Below are positions 1-9,177 of a DNA stretch of 38,406 nt, one piece after another. Numbering within the stretch: the stretch's first letter is position 1; each line of letters begins with the position of its first letter. This DNA comes from Candidatus Omnitrophota bacterium (GTDB lineage Bacteria > Omnitrophota > Omnitrophia > Omnitrophales > Aquincolibacteriaceae). The position numbers and the translations under genes were made by a program. The notes beneath the pieces were generated by a model, which saw nothing but the letters and a program-made list of their open reading frames with translations, made no database searches and was not told the DNA's origin. The stretch is taken from positions 1 to 38,406 of the forward strand of contig JBFHCO010000003.1 in the NCBI GenBank assembly GCA_041585205.1. The letters run 5' to 3'.

Positions 1-982
1 CGGCTTCCTGCACGGCATGATAGAGCTCAGGCGTGACATCGATGGCTTCGACTTTTTCCTTTTCCACGAATCGAAGCAATGCTTTTCGGAGGGATGTTTT
101 TCGAGTCGTATTCACCCACCGATCAGGCGGGATGATCAAAATGACGGGTTCAGCGCCTTCCCCACGAATCTCATCGATCAGATTCTTTAAAATGGCTTTA
201 CCGATAACCCACTCCACCGTGACATCCGGGTCCAGCCATCCTAACTCCTTACCCAACTGAACGATCCCTTTTCGAATCAAGCGATAAAGCACGCTGTTCA
301 TCAACCACTTTTCCAAGCCTCCATATTCGACTAATTCGGGAAACTGATTCGTGTTTAACTGGAAAGGCGGAGGAACCGGGTTGTTATGCAAAATCAGCTC
401 TCCGCTCGCTGAAAGCGAAAAATACGGCTTCGCTTGGCCGGAATCCGCAAAGGCGCGAGTTGCCCGCCAAAACCCCTCCGGAAAGACTCCGATAAAAACA
501 TAATCGGGCCTGTAATCTTTGGCGACCGTTTTAAAATAAATGAATATTTGATCCAGCCCGTAGCCGGGGACGCCGGAATTCAAAACTTCAAGCTGTTTAT
601 TTTCCGCTTCCAGTCTGGAACAAAAGGTTTCATCATCCTTCACGCCAAAACCAAAAACAAAACTGTCGCCCAAGCACAATATCCGCTTCACAGAATCTGA
701 CTTTTCAATCGCGTATTCACGCGCCCCTCGAAATCCTACGGAATTCGTCCGCAGCTCAATATCTTCCGGCCCTTCTCTATGAAATGCCGTCTTATTTTTC
801 TGATGCGCCCAACCGAGTACCGGATGATATTCGGTCCAAATTCTCTCGGGCACTTTAGCCCAATTCGTTTTCGGTCCATCCGGAGCTTTGGCGGCATCGA
901 TTCCTGCCGCTCTAAGGCATACTTCAACCAATGCAAACGTCAAGAGAATCGAAACGAGTAGCAGAAAAAGATTCTTTTTCAT
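1..982 (-). CDS. Membrane-anchored SGNH/GDSL-family esterase or acyltransferase, 3'-partial (runs off the window edge)
   Basis: Manual translation from ATG at 982 (ATGA overlap with the upstream stop) is open to position 2: MKKNLFLLLVSILLTFALVEVCLR anchor, TNSVGFRG, block I LCLGDSFVFGFGV, block II VLNSGVPGYGLDQ. Absent from the ORF track because there is no stop in the window. Confidence 0.85.
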   Translation of the reverse strand, partial: MKKNLFLLLVSILLTFALVEVCLRAAGIDAAKAPDGPKTNWAKVPERIWTEYHPVLGWAHQKNKTAFHREGPEDIELRTNSVGFRGAREYAIEKSDSVKRILCLGDSFVFGFGVKDDETFCSRLEAENKQLEVLNSGVPGYGLDQIFIYFKTVAKDYRPDYVFIGVFPEGFWRATRAFADSGQAKPYFSLSASGELILHNNPVPPPFQLNTNQFPELVEYGGLEKWLMNSVLYRLIRKGIVQLGKELGWLDPDVTVEWVIGKAILKNLIDEIRGEGAEPVILIIPPDRWVNTTRKTSLRKALLRFVEKEKVEAIDVTPELYHAVQEA

Positions 983-2001
983 TGTTTTACGGAAGGCACT
1001 TTCCCTGTCACGGATTGCCAGGAGGGAGGCAAATTGATCGGTACTTCGATATTCGGAAACTCTTTCGTTTCGCGCGCGCCGTGTTTTTTTGCCCAAACAG
1101 CCATTTTGGCAATTCCCTCACGCAACGCAACCGCTTTTCCCGCTTTAAAAACACGTTTGACCTTCGAATGATCTGAAAAAGCCTCGTCCACCTCGTTGCG
1201 GCGGTCCAAATATTGAATTTGGGTTTTCACTTGAAACGCTTTTGCGACCTCTTCGGCCAGTTCGTTCACGGTATAGGGCTGATCCGCTCCGATATTAAAA
1301 ACTTGGTTATAGGCTTGCGGTTGATTGATCGAGTCGGCGATGATCGGCGCCACATCGCTGATATAGCTAAAAGCGCGTTTTTGTTTTCCGTCCCCAAAAA
1401 TGGTCATCGGCTGATTTTTCATAATTTGATTCATAAATATCCCGACGACATTGCGGTATTTATCTCCGATATTTTGCTTTTCGCCATAGACATTGTGCGG
1501 CCTGAAAATAACATAGGGCAAGCCAAACATGGCATGCGATGCCTTCAGCTCCTCTTCAACCGCCAGCTTTGCGATTCCATAAGAATCCTCCGGTTCCGGC
1601 TTCATCGCTTCCGTCATCGGCAGCTGATTTTTGCCGTAAACCGCGATGGAAGACGTAAAAACAAAGCATTTGACTTGATAAAGAATGGACAGATTGATCA
1701 ACAACACGGATCCGATCAGATTATTTTCGTAATTAAAACGCTTAATGAAGTGACTCAAGCCTTCCGCGGCATAGGCCGCCAGGTGATACACGAATTCAAA
1801 CTGATATTTTTCAAAGAGAGTTTTTAAAAGACGTTCGTCCAGGATTGTTCCATGAATAAATTCGGCGCCCTTCGGTACATTTTCGATAAATCCGCCGCTT
1901 AAATCATCCAGCACAACCACTTTGTGGCCGAGTTGAACCAGATGTTCGGCCACATGCGCGCCGATGAAGCCCGCGCCGCCCGTGACTAAGATGTTTGACA
2001 T
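979..2001 (-). CDS. NAD-dependent nucleotide-sugar epimerase/dehydratase (extended SDR)
   Basis: TGGAGFIG Rossmann motif, FTSS, YGIAK (YxxxK), RPHNVYG; AGGAG RBS upstream. Substrate unknown. Confidence 0.9.
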   Translation of the reverse strand: MSNILVTGGAGFIGAHVAEHLVQLGHKVVVLDDLSGGFIENVPKGAEFIHGTILDERLLKTLFEKYQFEFVYHLAAYAAEGLSHFIKRFNYENNLIGSVLLINLSILYQVKCFVFTSSIAVYGKNQLPMTEAMKPEPEDSYGIAKLAVEEELKASHAMFGLPYVIFRPHNVYGEKQNIGDKYRNVVGIFMNQIMKNQPMTIFGDGKQKRAFSYISDVAPIIADSINQPQAYNQVFNIGADQPYTVNELAEEVAKAFQVKTQIQYLDRRNEVDEAFSDHSKVKRVFKAGKAVALREGIAKMAVWAKKHGARETKEFPNIEVPINLPPSWQSVTGKVPSVKQ

Positions 2002-2003
2002 TT

Positions 2004-2747
2004 TTATACTCCTTGAAATAGCGCTTGGCGCTTCAGACCCGATTTGTGCAGCAAATATTTGCTGACGGTCTTAAGAATGCTCATTCCGTAGCGCACACCC
2101 TTTGAAAAAGACATTTGCGAATTTTCATCGCGGTAGCGCGTCGGGTGAGGGATTTCGGCAATTTTGGCTCTGCGGATCGCGGCCTGAATGATGATATCCG
2201 TATCAAAGTCATATTTTTCACTTAACAGATCCAGAGGAACTTTCTTTAAAAAATCCACCGAAAAGGCGCGATACCCGTTGTGATAGTCCGTCAGATGGGT
2301 ATTAAAAACCGTGTTTTCCAACCACGTAAGAAATCGATTAGGAATATATTTCCATATCGGCATCCCGCCTTTGAGCGCGTCACCTAAAATCATGCGTGTT
2401 CCCGTCACGACGTCATAACCTTCATTTTGAATTTTGGATACAAATTTAAGGGCAAAGGAAGGGTCATACTGATTGTCACCGTGCACCATCACCGCGATAT
2501 CCGCATTGCGGCGAATGGCTTCTTCATAACCCGTCTTTTGCGCTCCGCCGTATCCCCGGTTACGCTCATGCCTCACAACGGACAACCCCAGATTTTTGGC
2601 CACCTCGGCCGTTCCGTCCGTGCTGCAATCATCAACAACAATGATTTCTTCAGCGCAATTCTTAGGCAATTCTTCAATCGTCTTGGGAAGAATTTTCGCC
2701 ACGTTATAGGCGGGCATTACAATCACGACTCTTTTTTTATCGGACAT
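2004..2747 (-). CDS. GT2 glycosyltransferase, DPM1/polyprenyl-phosphate glycosyltransferase-like
   Basis: VVIVMPAYN, VVDDCSTDGT, NRGYGGA, HGDNQY, TDYHNGYRA; AAGGA RBS; alternative GTG start at 2750. Confidence 0.88.
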   Translation of the reverse strand: MSDKKRVVIVMPAYNVAKILPKTIEELPKNCAEEIIVVDDCSTDGTAEVAKNLGLSVVRHERNRGYGGAQKTGYEEAIRRNADIAVMVHGDNQYDPSFALKFVSKIQNEGYDVVTGTRMILGDALKGGMPIWKYIPNRFLTWLENTVFNTHLTDYHNGYRAFSVDFLKKVPLDLLSEKYDFDTDIIIQAAIRRAKIAEIPHPTRYRDENSQMSFSKGVRYGMSILKTVSKYLLHKSGLKRQALFQGV

Positions 2748-2817
2748 CACGTAATTCCTTAATTTGAATTAAGTTATACAGCAGAAACTGCGTCGAGCAG
2801 CCAAGAAAAGGGTCCAT

Positions 2818-2831
2818 TTTCTTGCAAGAAA
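2818..2831. promoter_or_regulatory. Perfect 14-bp palindrome TTTCTTGCAAGAAA, candidate operator
   Basis: Lies just downstream of the predicted minus-strand -10 box, overlapping the expected start site. Confidence 0.4.
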
Positions 2832-2837
2832 GCCATG

Positions 2838-2866
2838 AGGTTACACCGATGCCTAGAGGAAATCAA
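2838..2866 (-). promoter_or_regulatory. Sigma70-type promoter for the GT2-SDR-SGNH unit
   Basis: TTGATT-17 nt-TAACCT on the minus strand. Confidence 0.55.
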
Positions 2867-3038
2867 GAAAAATTCTCTATTTATTGCTGTAATTCATTAC
2901 TGCTAAATAGGTTATAGCAATCATAGTATGGAAGACCTCCGAGCGGGCATCTGCTTATCGCAGGACAATCCAACTCACTGCGGTAAAAGGAGTTAGAGAA
3001 TACTTATAATTCAAATCCGTGGCGGCGCGCATATTAAG

Positions 3039-3067
3039 TTGACTTTCTGTCTCAATTTCACTAACCT
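3039..3067 (+). promoter_or_regulatory. Sigma70-type promoter of the divergent GT2 (near-leaderless)
   Basis: TTGACT-17 nt-TAACCT, 8 nt before ATG 3076; no SD sequence. Confidence 0.6.
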
Positions 3068-3075
3068 TACCGCTT

Positions 3076-3852
3076 ATGAATTCCACCTGCTACGTGAGTT
3101 TTATCACCCCGGTTTTCAATGAAGAGCTGAACATAGGACGCATGCTGCGTAATTTCTATCAGGTGCTCTATGCCAACCCGCATTGGAATTCCGAGGTCAT
3201 TTTAATCGAAGACGGGAGCACCGACCGCACCCGTGAAGTATTGCTCGAGGAAGTAAAAAAATATCCCGGTATTCACTTGATTTTGCATGACCAAAACAAG
3301 GGTTATACCGCTTCGCTTAAAGACGGCCTCGCCAAAGCGAAAGGAAAATTTCTGATGTATGTCGGTGCGGATGAAGAATTTGACTGCTCGGAAATTCCGG
3401 ATTTTATAAATCCCCTGCTGAATAACGAAGCGGATGTGGTGCTGGGAGTTCGCTGGCAAAGGAATGCATACCAACTGTTCCGCTTTTTCCTTTCGGTTAT
3501 TTATATTTTTTTCCTTAATTATCTTTTCAAGATGCGCGTGAACGATTACAACTGGTCGCAGGCCTGGTCCCGGGAATTGATCGAACGGTTGCAGCTTCGT
3601 TCCGCATCATTGTTCGTGTTGCCCGAAATTATCATTAAAGCGCATGACCTGCGCTACAGAATCAAAGAAGTTCCTTCGAATCATCGCGGAAGACAGGCGG
3701 GAAAATCCTCCGTCAACATGAAAATCATGGGCGCGGCTCTTATGGAAGCGATATCTTTTTATTTTCACCGCCGCTCGAAGAGCTATCAGCCTGCCACGAT
3801 TTCAAATCCTATGCCATCGCGGGAAGACTTAGCCGCTCAACGGCATCAATGA
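3076..3852 (+). CDS. GT2 glycosyltransferase, DPM1-like
   Basis: ITPVFNEE, IEDGSTDRT, NKGY, GADEEF (variant DxD), EVPSNHRGRQAGKSS; 3' end overlaps the convergent gene by 7 nt. Confidence 0.85.
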   Translation: MNSTCYVSFITPVFNEELNIGRMLRNFYQVLYANPHWNSEVILIEDGSTDRTREVLLEEVKKYPGIHLILHDQNKGYTASLKDGLAKAKGKFLMYVGADEEFDCSEIPDFINPLLNNEADVVLGVRWQRNAYQLFRFFLSVIYIFFLNYLFKMRVNDYNWSQAWSRELIERLQLRSASLFVLPEIIIKAHDLRYRIKEVPSNHRGRQAGKSSVNMKIMGAALMEAISFYFHRRSKSYQPATISNPMPSREDLAAQRHQ

Positions 3853-5546
3853 TCCTCTTGCGGAATCTGAAAAATCCGCAACGGCTGGCCGTTTCTTTCC
3901 CTCGCCAGCATATCCTCAAATAGAAAAGGGCCTCCCGTTAAGGGATGCGTCATGGGCCATAATCTCCGCGCGTGCCGGTAAGGATTGAAAGCAGCGATTA
4001 ACTTTCCTTCCCGCTCCAGTTGACCATAAAATTCATCCCGTGCGTCCTTCTCGCGCAACCGCACCGTCACCACATACTCAATCCGGCCAGATCGAAGGGC
4101 TCCCATATCATAGGGAATACCCGGTTTGTGAAACAAAAAGGACTCCTCCCCCTTCTCCTTGGCGTCTCTCAGACTGTAAAGCTCATAGGAAGGCCTTGCT
4201 TCCGAGCGTTCCATCATAAAATCGAGCCGTCGCATTTGTTTTTCGGAAAAATGAGGGTCATTCGCAGCGACGGATTTTTTACTTTCCAACTGTTTTTTTG
4301 AAAACTCAAGGCGCGGCATGTAAAACTCCAAATCCAACGCAATGCGGCTGCCGGCCGGAATATGGGTTTCGATCCACTCTTTGGCTTGCGTCCGAGAATC
4401 CTGATTAGACATCACGACATCGAATAAAACGGCATGAGCAAGCGTGGGCAAGGCCGTGACAAAAACCAATCCCGTTAAAAGAAGTTTCCGATCAACGGAA
4501 ATCCGCACGATCCAGTCCGAGGCAATGACGATCAAAAAAGGCATCAGGGGCAATGCATAGCGTGCATACGGCTGTCCCCATAAACTGATGATCGCATAAT
4601 ATGAAACGCAGAAAATCCATAACGCCCCCCTGCGCTTATCCCACCGCCTCAGAGAATCCGCCAAACCGGCGATTGCGGCCAGCCAGAGGGGCCAGCCCAA
4701 CCCTCCCGGCAATGAATACGTCAGGGGCCGCAGCCAATCCGCGCCACCCTCATGCGCCCTGGATTCCGCTCTGATTTCACTCCAAAAAAAATTGAAATCC
4801 ATCAGCCAATAGGGGTTTAAAAGCGTAAATACCGCTAAACCGGAAAGCGCCGCTGCCGCCCACAATAATAAAACGTGTCGCTTGCCGTTTCTTGAGAATA
4901 AAGATAGATAAACGTAAGGAATGATCAACGCGCCCCCGTTATATTTGACGGCCGTCGCGAGACCGATCAAAGCGCCGGCGATGCAATGGGCTTTTACAGA
5001 TGCGCCCTCAGCATCAAGACGAAACAGCCACGCAAAAGAGCAGACAAGGACCAAGACCAACGGAATATCGGCATACACATAATGGGATTCCCGTACGTGC
5101 AGAAAACATACCGCCAGCAGCAGGGCGCTGATCAAAGCCGATTTCTCATTGAAATAACGGCGTACCAACAGATACAGAATAAAGATAGTGAGCGTGCCAA
5201 GCATAACGCCGAAGACGAGTCTGGCAATCCAATAAAAAGAACTTGGGTCAGAGTAAAATAAGATTTCAAAATCCTGAACGCCGGAAAACTTTCCCCCGAT
5301 CAATCCCGCAAGAAAATATATTCCGTACACAAAAAACAGCAAATAACTCGTCAGAGGCGGGATTTTGAAAAAGTGAGGGTTGAGATCCCCCGTTCCGTAG
5401 GCCAAGGCGTGATTGACGACGATCGGTTCGTCGGCATGATAAAGATGAGGCAATCCAAAATCCGACGCTGCGAATCTGAGGACGAAACCGAGCGCGAGGA
5501 TGATCCATAACCAAAATTGGGGATGGCGGTCGGTATGGGCTGTCAT
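3846..5546 (-). CDS. GT-C fold, polyprenyl-phosphate-sugar-dependent glycosyltransferase (ArnT/PMT_2-like) with soluble C-terminal domain
   Basis: N-terminal TM followed by HADEP acidic motif and NPHFFKIPPL; many hydrophobic helices; GLATAVKY; RYALPLMPFL; DSRTQAKEWIETHIPAGS opening the periplasmic domain. Confidence 0.82.
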   Translation of the reverse strand: MTAHTDRHPQFWLWIILALGFVLRFAASDFGLPHLYHADEPIVVNHALAYGTGDLNPHFFKIPPLTSYLLFFVYGIYFLAGLIGGKFSGVQDFEILFYSDPSSFYWIARLVFGVMLGTLTIFILYLLVRRYFNEKSALISALLLAVCFLHVRESHYVYADIPLVLVLVCSFAWLFRLDAEGASVKAHCIAGALIGLATAVKYNGGALIIPYVYLSLFSRNGKRHVLLLWAAAALSGLAVFTLLNPYWLMDFNFFWSEIRAESRAHEGGADWLRPLTYSLPGGLGWPLWLAAIAGLADSLRRWDKRRGALWIFCVSYYAIISLWGQPYARYALPLMPFLIVIASDWIVRISVDRKLLLTGLVFVTALPTLAHAVLFDVVMSNQDSRTQAKEWIETHIPAGSRIALDLEFYMPRLEFSKKQLESKKSVAANDPHFSEKQMRRLDFMMERSEARPSYELYSLRDAKEKGEESFLFHKPGIPYDMGALRSGRIEYVVTVRLREKDARDEFYGQLEREGKLIAAFNPYRHARRLWPMTHPLTGGPFLFEDMLARERNGQPLRIFQIPQEDH

Positions 5547-5549
5547 AGC

Positions 5550-6269
5550 CTATTTTAAGCGGCGGTGTATCCAGCGTATGCGCATGATGTCGAACAGCAT
5601 CCTCAGCGAATCCTTCACGATATGGACGCGGCTGTGCGGCGAATTTCTCCAGATCACGGGTTCTTCCAGTACACGGCAACCCAATCTTTGCGCAAGATAG
5701 AGGATTTCGACGTCAAAGCTAAAACCCTTGAGCATTTGCCTGCCGAACAGATTCTTCGCGGCGTCGCTTTTAAAACATTTAAATCCGCATTGCGAATCAT
5801 GAATCTCCTGCGAGGCAAACAATCTGACAAAAAGGTTGAATATCTTTCCCATATTTTGTCTGAGAATATTCTGACGAATTTCAACCCGTGACTCAGGCAA
5901 CGCGCGCGAACCGATCACCACATCGTAACCGGATTGAAGATACTGCAGAAATCGCTCCACCTCTTCAAGAGGCGTCGAAAAATCAGCATCCGAAAACAAA
6001 ATGAAACGCCCGCGAGCCGCCAGCATCCCTCTTTTGACGGAATAGCCCTTGCCTTGATTCGGCTGATTGACTAGGACCTGATGATGGACGTCCTTCAAAC
6101 ACGTTTCCGCCACTTCTTTTGTGCGGTCGGAGCTTCCGTCATCAACCAAAATCACCTCGAAGGTATAGGGCTGACTTTTGAGATAACGGAGGACCTCTCG
6201 AAGAGATTCCTTCAACCGCACCTCTTCATTGTAGGCCGGGATGACAACACTCAAATGTATTTCACTCAT
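5550..6269 (-). CDS. Dolichyl/polyprenyl-phosphate beta-glucosyltransferase-like GT2 (ALG5-like)
   Basis: LSVVIPAYNEE, VDDGSSDRT, NQGKGYSVKRGM, FSDADFSTP, DSQCGFKCF, FSFDVEIL. Start 6269 chosen (just after the upstream stop); the track uses 6296. Confidence 0.88.
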   Translation of the reverse strand: MSEIHLSVVIPAYNEEVRLKESLREVLRYLKSQPYTFEVILVDDGSSDRTKEVAETCLKDVHHQVLVNQPNQGKGYSVKRGMLAARGRFILFSDADFSTPLEEVERFLQYLQSGYDVVIGSRALPESRVEIRQNILRQNMGKIFNLFVRLFASQEIHDSQCGFKCFKSDAAKNLFGRQMLKGFSFDVEILYLAQRLGCRVLEEPVIWRNSPHSRVHIVKDSLRMLFDIMRIRWIHRRLK

Positions 6270-6273
6270 AACG

Positions 6274-7209
6274 TCAGGTTTTGGCTCTCCACTCATTCAG
6301 AAGTTCGGTTAATCCCTGCGTCGGCGTCATGCGCGGCTTCCAACCAAGCGCCCGAAGGCGGTTGGACTTACCGCTCATGATGGGCGGATCATTTCTTCTT
6401 AAGCGCTGTTTCTGTATTTGAACACGGACGGCAGTTTTAGAATTGCGTATTAAAAAATCGACGTAATGTTTTAACAGCATAGTTTTTCCGTAAGCGATAT
6501 TGTAGATTCGGCCCGCTTTTCCCCGCCTTGCCAGTAATTCATAGGCTTTCACCACATCTTGTACGTGCAGGAAATCGCGACGGGCATCTAAATTCCCAAC
6601 CTCGAGCACGGGTTTTTTTCGTTTCTTCTCAATCAGGGCAATTTGCCGGCACCAATCCGAAAAAACGAATTTTAAGGATTGGCCGGCCCCCAAATGGTTA
6701 AAGGCCCTGGCGATGACAATACCCAGTCCAAAACGCCCCGCGTAATCGATGCAGACATGTTCCGCTATGGCCTTGCTGACCGCATAAGGCGATTCCGGCC
6801 ATATCAGATCGCTTTCATCCACCGGTCGATTTTTTCTGAAACGGCGCCCGTAAACCTGCACGGAGGAGGCAAACACAACTCTTGCATGAGGGGCATGCCG
6901 TCTGACCGCCTCAAGCAAATGCACCGTGCCCAGGACATTAATATCGAATGTCTCTTTCTCTTGCTTCCAGGACAGGCGCGGCACGCTCATCGCGGCCAGA
7001 TGATAAATAAAATCGGGTTTTATTTTTTTGACGAGGGATTCAATCTGGGTAAAGCGGGTGATATCAGCGGGGTAATAGGTGACACCCGGTAGCGAATCGG
7101 GGCGGCATGCATGATACGTGCCGAACACAGATAATTTTTTTTTGACCAAATACCGGCTGAGATGCAAGCCGCAAAAACCTGCGGCCCCTGTAATCAACGC
7201 ACGCTTCAC
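6274..7209 (-). CDS. rmd: GDP-4-keto-6-deoxy-D-mannose reductase (GDP-D-rhamnose synthesis), Rmd-like
   Basis: ITGAAGFCG, HLAAMSVP, SPYAVSK, RAFNHLGAGQ, VGNLDARRDFLHV; directly downstream of gmd, GTG start at 7209 in a GTGA overlap. Confidence 0.75.
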   Translation of the reverse strand: MKRALITGAAGFCGLHLSRYLVKKKLSVFGTYHACRPDSLPGVTYYPADITRFTQIESLVKKIKPDFIYHLAAMSVPRLSWKQEKETFDINVLGTVHLLEAVRRHAPHARVVFASSVQVYGRRFRKNRPVDESDLIWPESPYAVSKAIAEHVCIDYAGRFGLGIVIARAFNHLGAGQSLKFVFSDWCRQIALIEKKRKKPVLEVGNLDARRDFLHVQDVVKAYELLARRGKAGRIYNIAYGKTMLLKHYVDFLIRNSKTAVRVQIQKQRLRRNDPPIMSGKSNRLRALGWKPRMTPTQGLTELLNEWRAKT

Positions 7210-8195
7210 TCGGTTGAAATCCTGGTCTGGAGTTCGGCGAGACGCTGCAAATCGCAATCCACCATCATCTTGACAAGACCGTCAAAACTGACTTTCGGCT
7301 TCCATTTCAGTTTCTTCCGCGCCTCGCTGGCGTCACCGCAAAGTGTATGAACTTCGGCGGGCCGGTACAAGGCAGGATCCACGACGACGTGTTTCTTCCA
7401 GTTCAACTGGGCATACTTGAACGCCCTTTCGACAAAATCGCGCACGGAATGCGATTTTCCCGTTGCGACGATGTAATCTTCCGGTTTACGCTGTTGCAAC
7501 ATCAACCACATGGCCTGCACGTAATCTCCCGCAAAACCCCAATCTCTTTTCGCGTTGAGATTGCCGAGCCGCAACTTTCTGGCCATGCCTAATTTGATTT
7601 TCGCCACTCCGTCGGATATTTTCCGTGTTACAAATTCAAGTCCGCGCCTCGGTGACTCATGGTTAAATAAAATTCCGGATACGGCAAACATATTATAACT
7701 TTCGCGGTAATTAACGGTGATCCAATGCCCGTAGACTTTGGCAACGCCATAAGGACTGCGCGGATGAAAAGGCGTATTCATGGTCTGGGGGCTGTGGGGC
7801 ACTTTGCCGAACATCTCGCTTGAGGAAGCCTGATAAAACCGGATTTTTTTGTCAACCAAACGAATGGCGTCCAGAAGCTTGGTCACGCCGAGCGCGGTGA
7901 ATTCACCGGTTAGGACGGGCTGCTCATAAGAGGTCGGCACAAAGGATTGGGATGCCAAGTTATAAACCTCGCGGGGCCGGATTTTTTTGACCATGTTGAT
8001 CAAAGATACTTGATCCAGCAAATCAGCCTGCACTAAGTGAATCTTTCCGATCAAATGTTCAATGCGCTCAAATGTTTCGGTGCTGGACCGTCTCACCATA
8101 CCGTAAACGTCATAACCCTTTTCCAGCAGAAAATCCGCTAAATAAGAGCCGTCCTGCCCCGTGACCCCCGTAATAATGGCTTTGCGTTTTTTCAT
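7206..8195 (-). CDS. gmd: GDP-mannose 4,6-dehydratase
   Basis: ITGVTGQDGSYLA, YQASSSEMFG, PRSPYGVAK, LFNHESPRRG, RDWGFAGDYV. Confidence 0.97.
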   Translation of the reverse strand: MKKRKAIITGVTGQDGSYLADFLLEKGYDVYGMVRRSSTETFERIEHLIGKIHLVQADLLDQVSLINMVKKIRPREVYNLASQSFVPTSYEQPVLTGEFTALGVTKLLDAIRLVDKKIRFYQASSSEMFGKVPHSPQTMNTPFHPRSPYGVAKVYGHWITVNYRESYNMFAVSGILFNHESPRRGLEFVTRKISDGVAKIKLGMARKLRLGNLNAKRDWGFAGDYVQAMWLMLQQRKPEDYIVATGKSHSVRDFVERAFKYAQLNWKKHVVVDPALYRPAEVHTLCGDASEARKKLKWKPKVSFDGLVKMMVDCDLQRLAELQTRISTE

Positions 8196-8215
8196 ATCGT
8201 GATCGCCTCCGGCCG

Positions 8216-9172
8216 TTACGAAGACCGTGTTTCCGCCAAGGATTCTTTAAAATATTGAATTGTTTTTTCAAGCCCCTGCTCAAGGGGGACTTTGGGCTCC
8301 CAACCCAATTTCTGCCGCGCGCGCGTTATGTCGGGCTGGCGCACTTTGGGGTCGTCTTTGGGCAATGGTTTAAATTCAATTTCACTTTTGCTCCCGGTCA
8401 TTTTAAGGATTTTCTTCGCGAGCTGCAAAACGGTCATTTCATTCGGATTGCCCAAATTCACCGGTTCATTCAGATTTGATAAGACCACCTTCTCGATGCC
8501 CGCCACCAAATCATCGACATAACAAAAACTGCGCGTCTGATTCCCTTTCCCGAAGACGGTTAAGGGTTGCCCCGTCAAAGCCTGCGAAATAAAGGCCGGG
8601 ATGGCGCGTCCGTCCTTGACGCGCATGCGCGGGCCGTAGGTATTAAAGATGCGAATGATTTTGGTATCGACCTTATGGCTGTGATGATAGGCCATGGTCA
8701 TGGCCTCCGCAAAGCGCTTTGCTTCGTCATAGACTCCGCGCGGCCCCACCGGATTGACATTACCCCAATAATCCTCTTTTTGAGGGTGAACCAGGGGATC
8801 CCCATAAACTTCCGAGGTGGAGGCGAGCATGAAAACCGCTTTTTTATCTTTGGCCAAGCCCAAGGCATTATGCGTGCCGAGCGCCCCCACTTTCAGCGTC
8901 TGAATCGGATAATTTAAATAATCCAGGGGGCTTGCCGGAGACGCGAAATGCAGCACATAATGCACCGGCCCCGGATATTCAATATATTTGCTGACATCCT
9001 GGCGGATAAATTCAAATTTTGATTCATTTTTGAGATGGGCGATATTGTTGTCATTTCCGGTAATATAATTATCGACGCCGACAACGCGAAATCCTCCGGC
9101 AAGAAATTTATCGCAGAGGTGTGAACCGATGAAGCCGGCGGCACCGGTAATGAGGACAATCGATTCCGTCAT
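8216..9172 (-). CDS. uxs: UDP-glucuronate decarboxylase (UDP-xylose synthase)
   Basis: [57 protein letters not shown]. Confidence 0.9.
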   Translation of the reverse strand: MTESIVLITGAAGFIGSHLCDKFLAGGFRVVGVDNYITGNDNNIAHLKNESKFEFIRQDVSKYIEYPGPVHYVLHFASPASPLDYLNYPIQTLKVGALGTHNALGLAKDKKAVFMLASTSEVYGDPLVHPQKEDYWGNVNPVGPRGVYDEAKRFAEAMTMAYHHSHKVDTKIIRIFNTYGPRMRVKDGRAIPAFISQALTGQPLTVFGKGNQTRSFCYVDDLVAGIEKVVLSNLNEPVNLGNPNEMTVLQLAKKILKMTGSKSEIEFKPLPKDDPKVRQPDITRARQKLGWEPKVPLEQGLEKTIQYFKESLAETRSS

Positions 9173-9177
9173 GTTTC

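Noticed and set aside
33-1827. Short plus-strand ORFs and the 736..936 minus ORF in the track
   Set aside because: They are shadows or off-frame overlaps of the SGNH and SDR genes, with no recognisable motifs. The same applies to the many antisense ORFs across the window.
2774-2836. 20-codon minus-strand ORF (MAFLQENGPFSWLLDAVSAV) as a leader peptide
   Set aside because: Its ATG is only 1 nt after the predicted -10 box, upstream of the expected start site, and has no SD.
2780-2840. Possible sigma-54 -24/-12 promoters (TGGC...GC) in the divergent spacer
   Set aside because: GG-to-GC spacing is not the required 10 nt; no convincing sigma-54 site was seen in the intergenic regions inspected.
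7210-7257. N-terminal extension of rmd in the ORF track
   Set aside because: It overlaps gmd; GTG 7209 in a GTGA overlap directly precedes the Rossmann motif.
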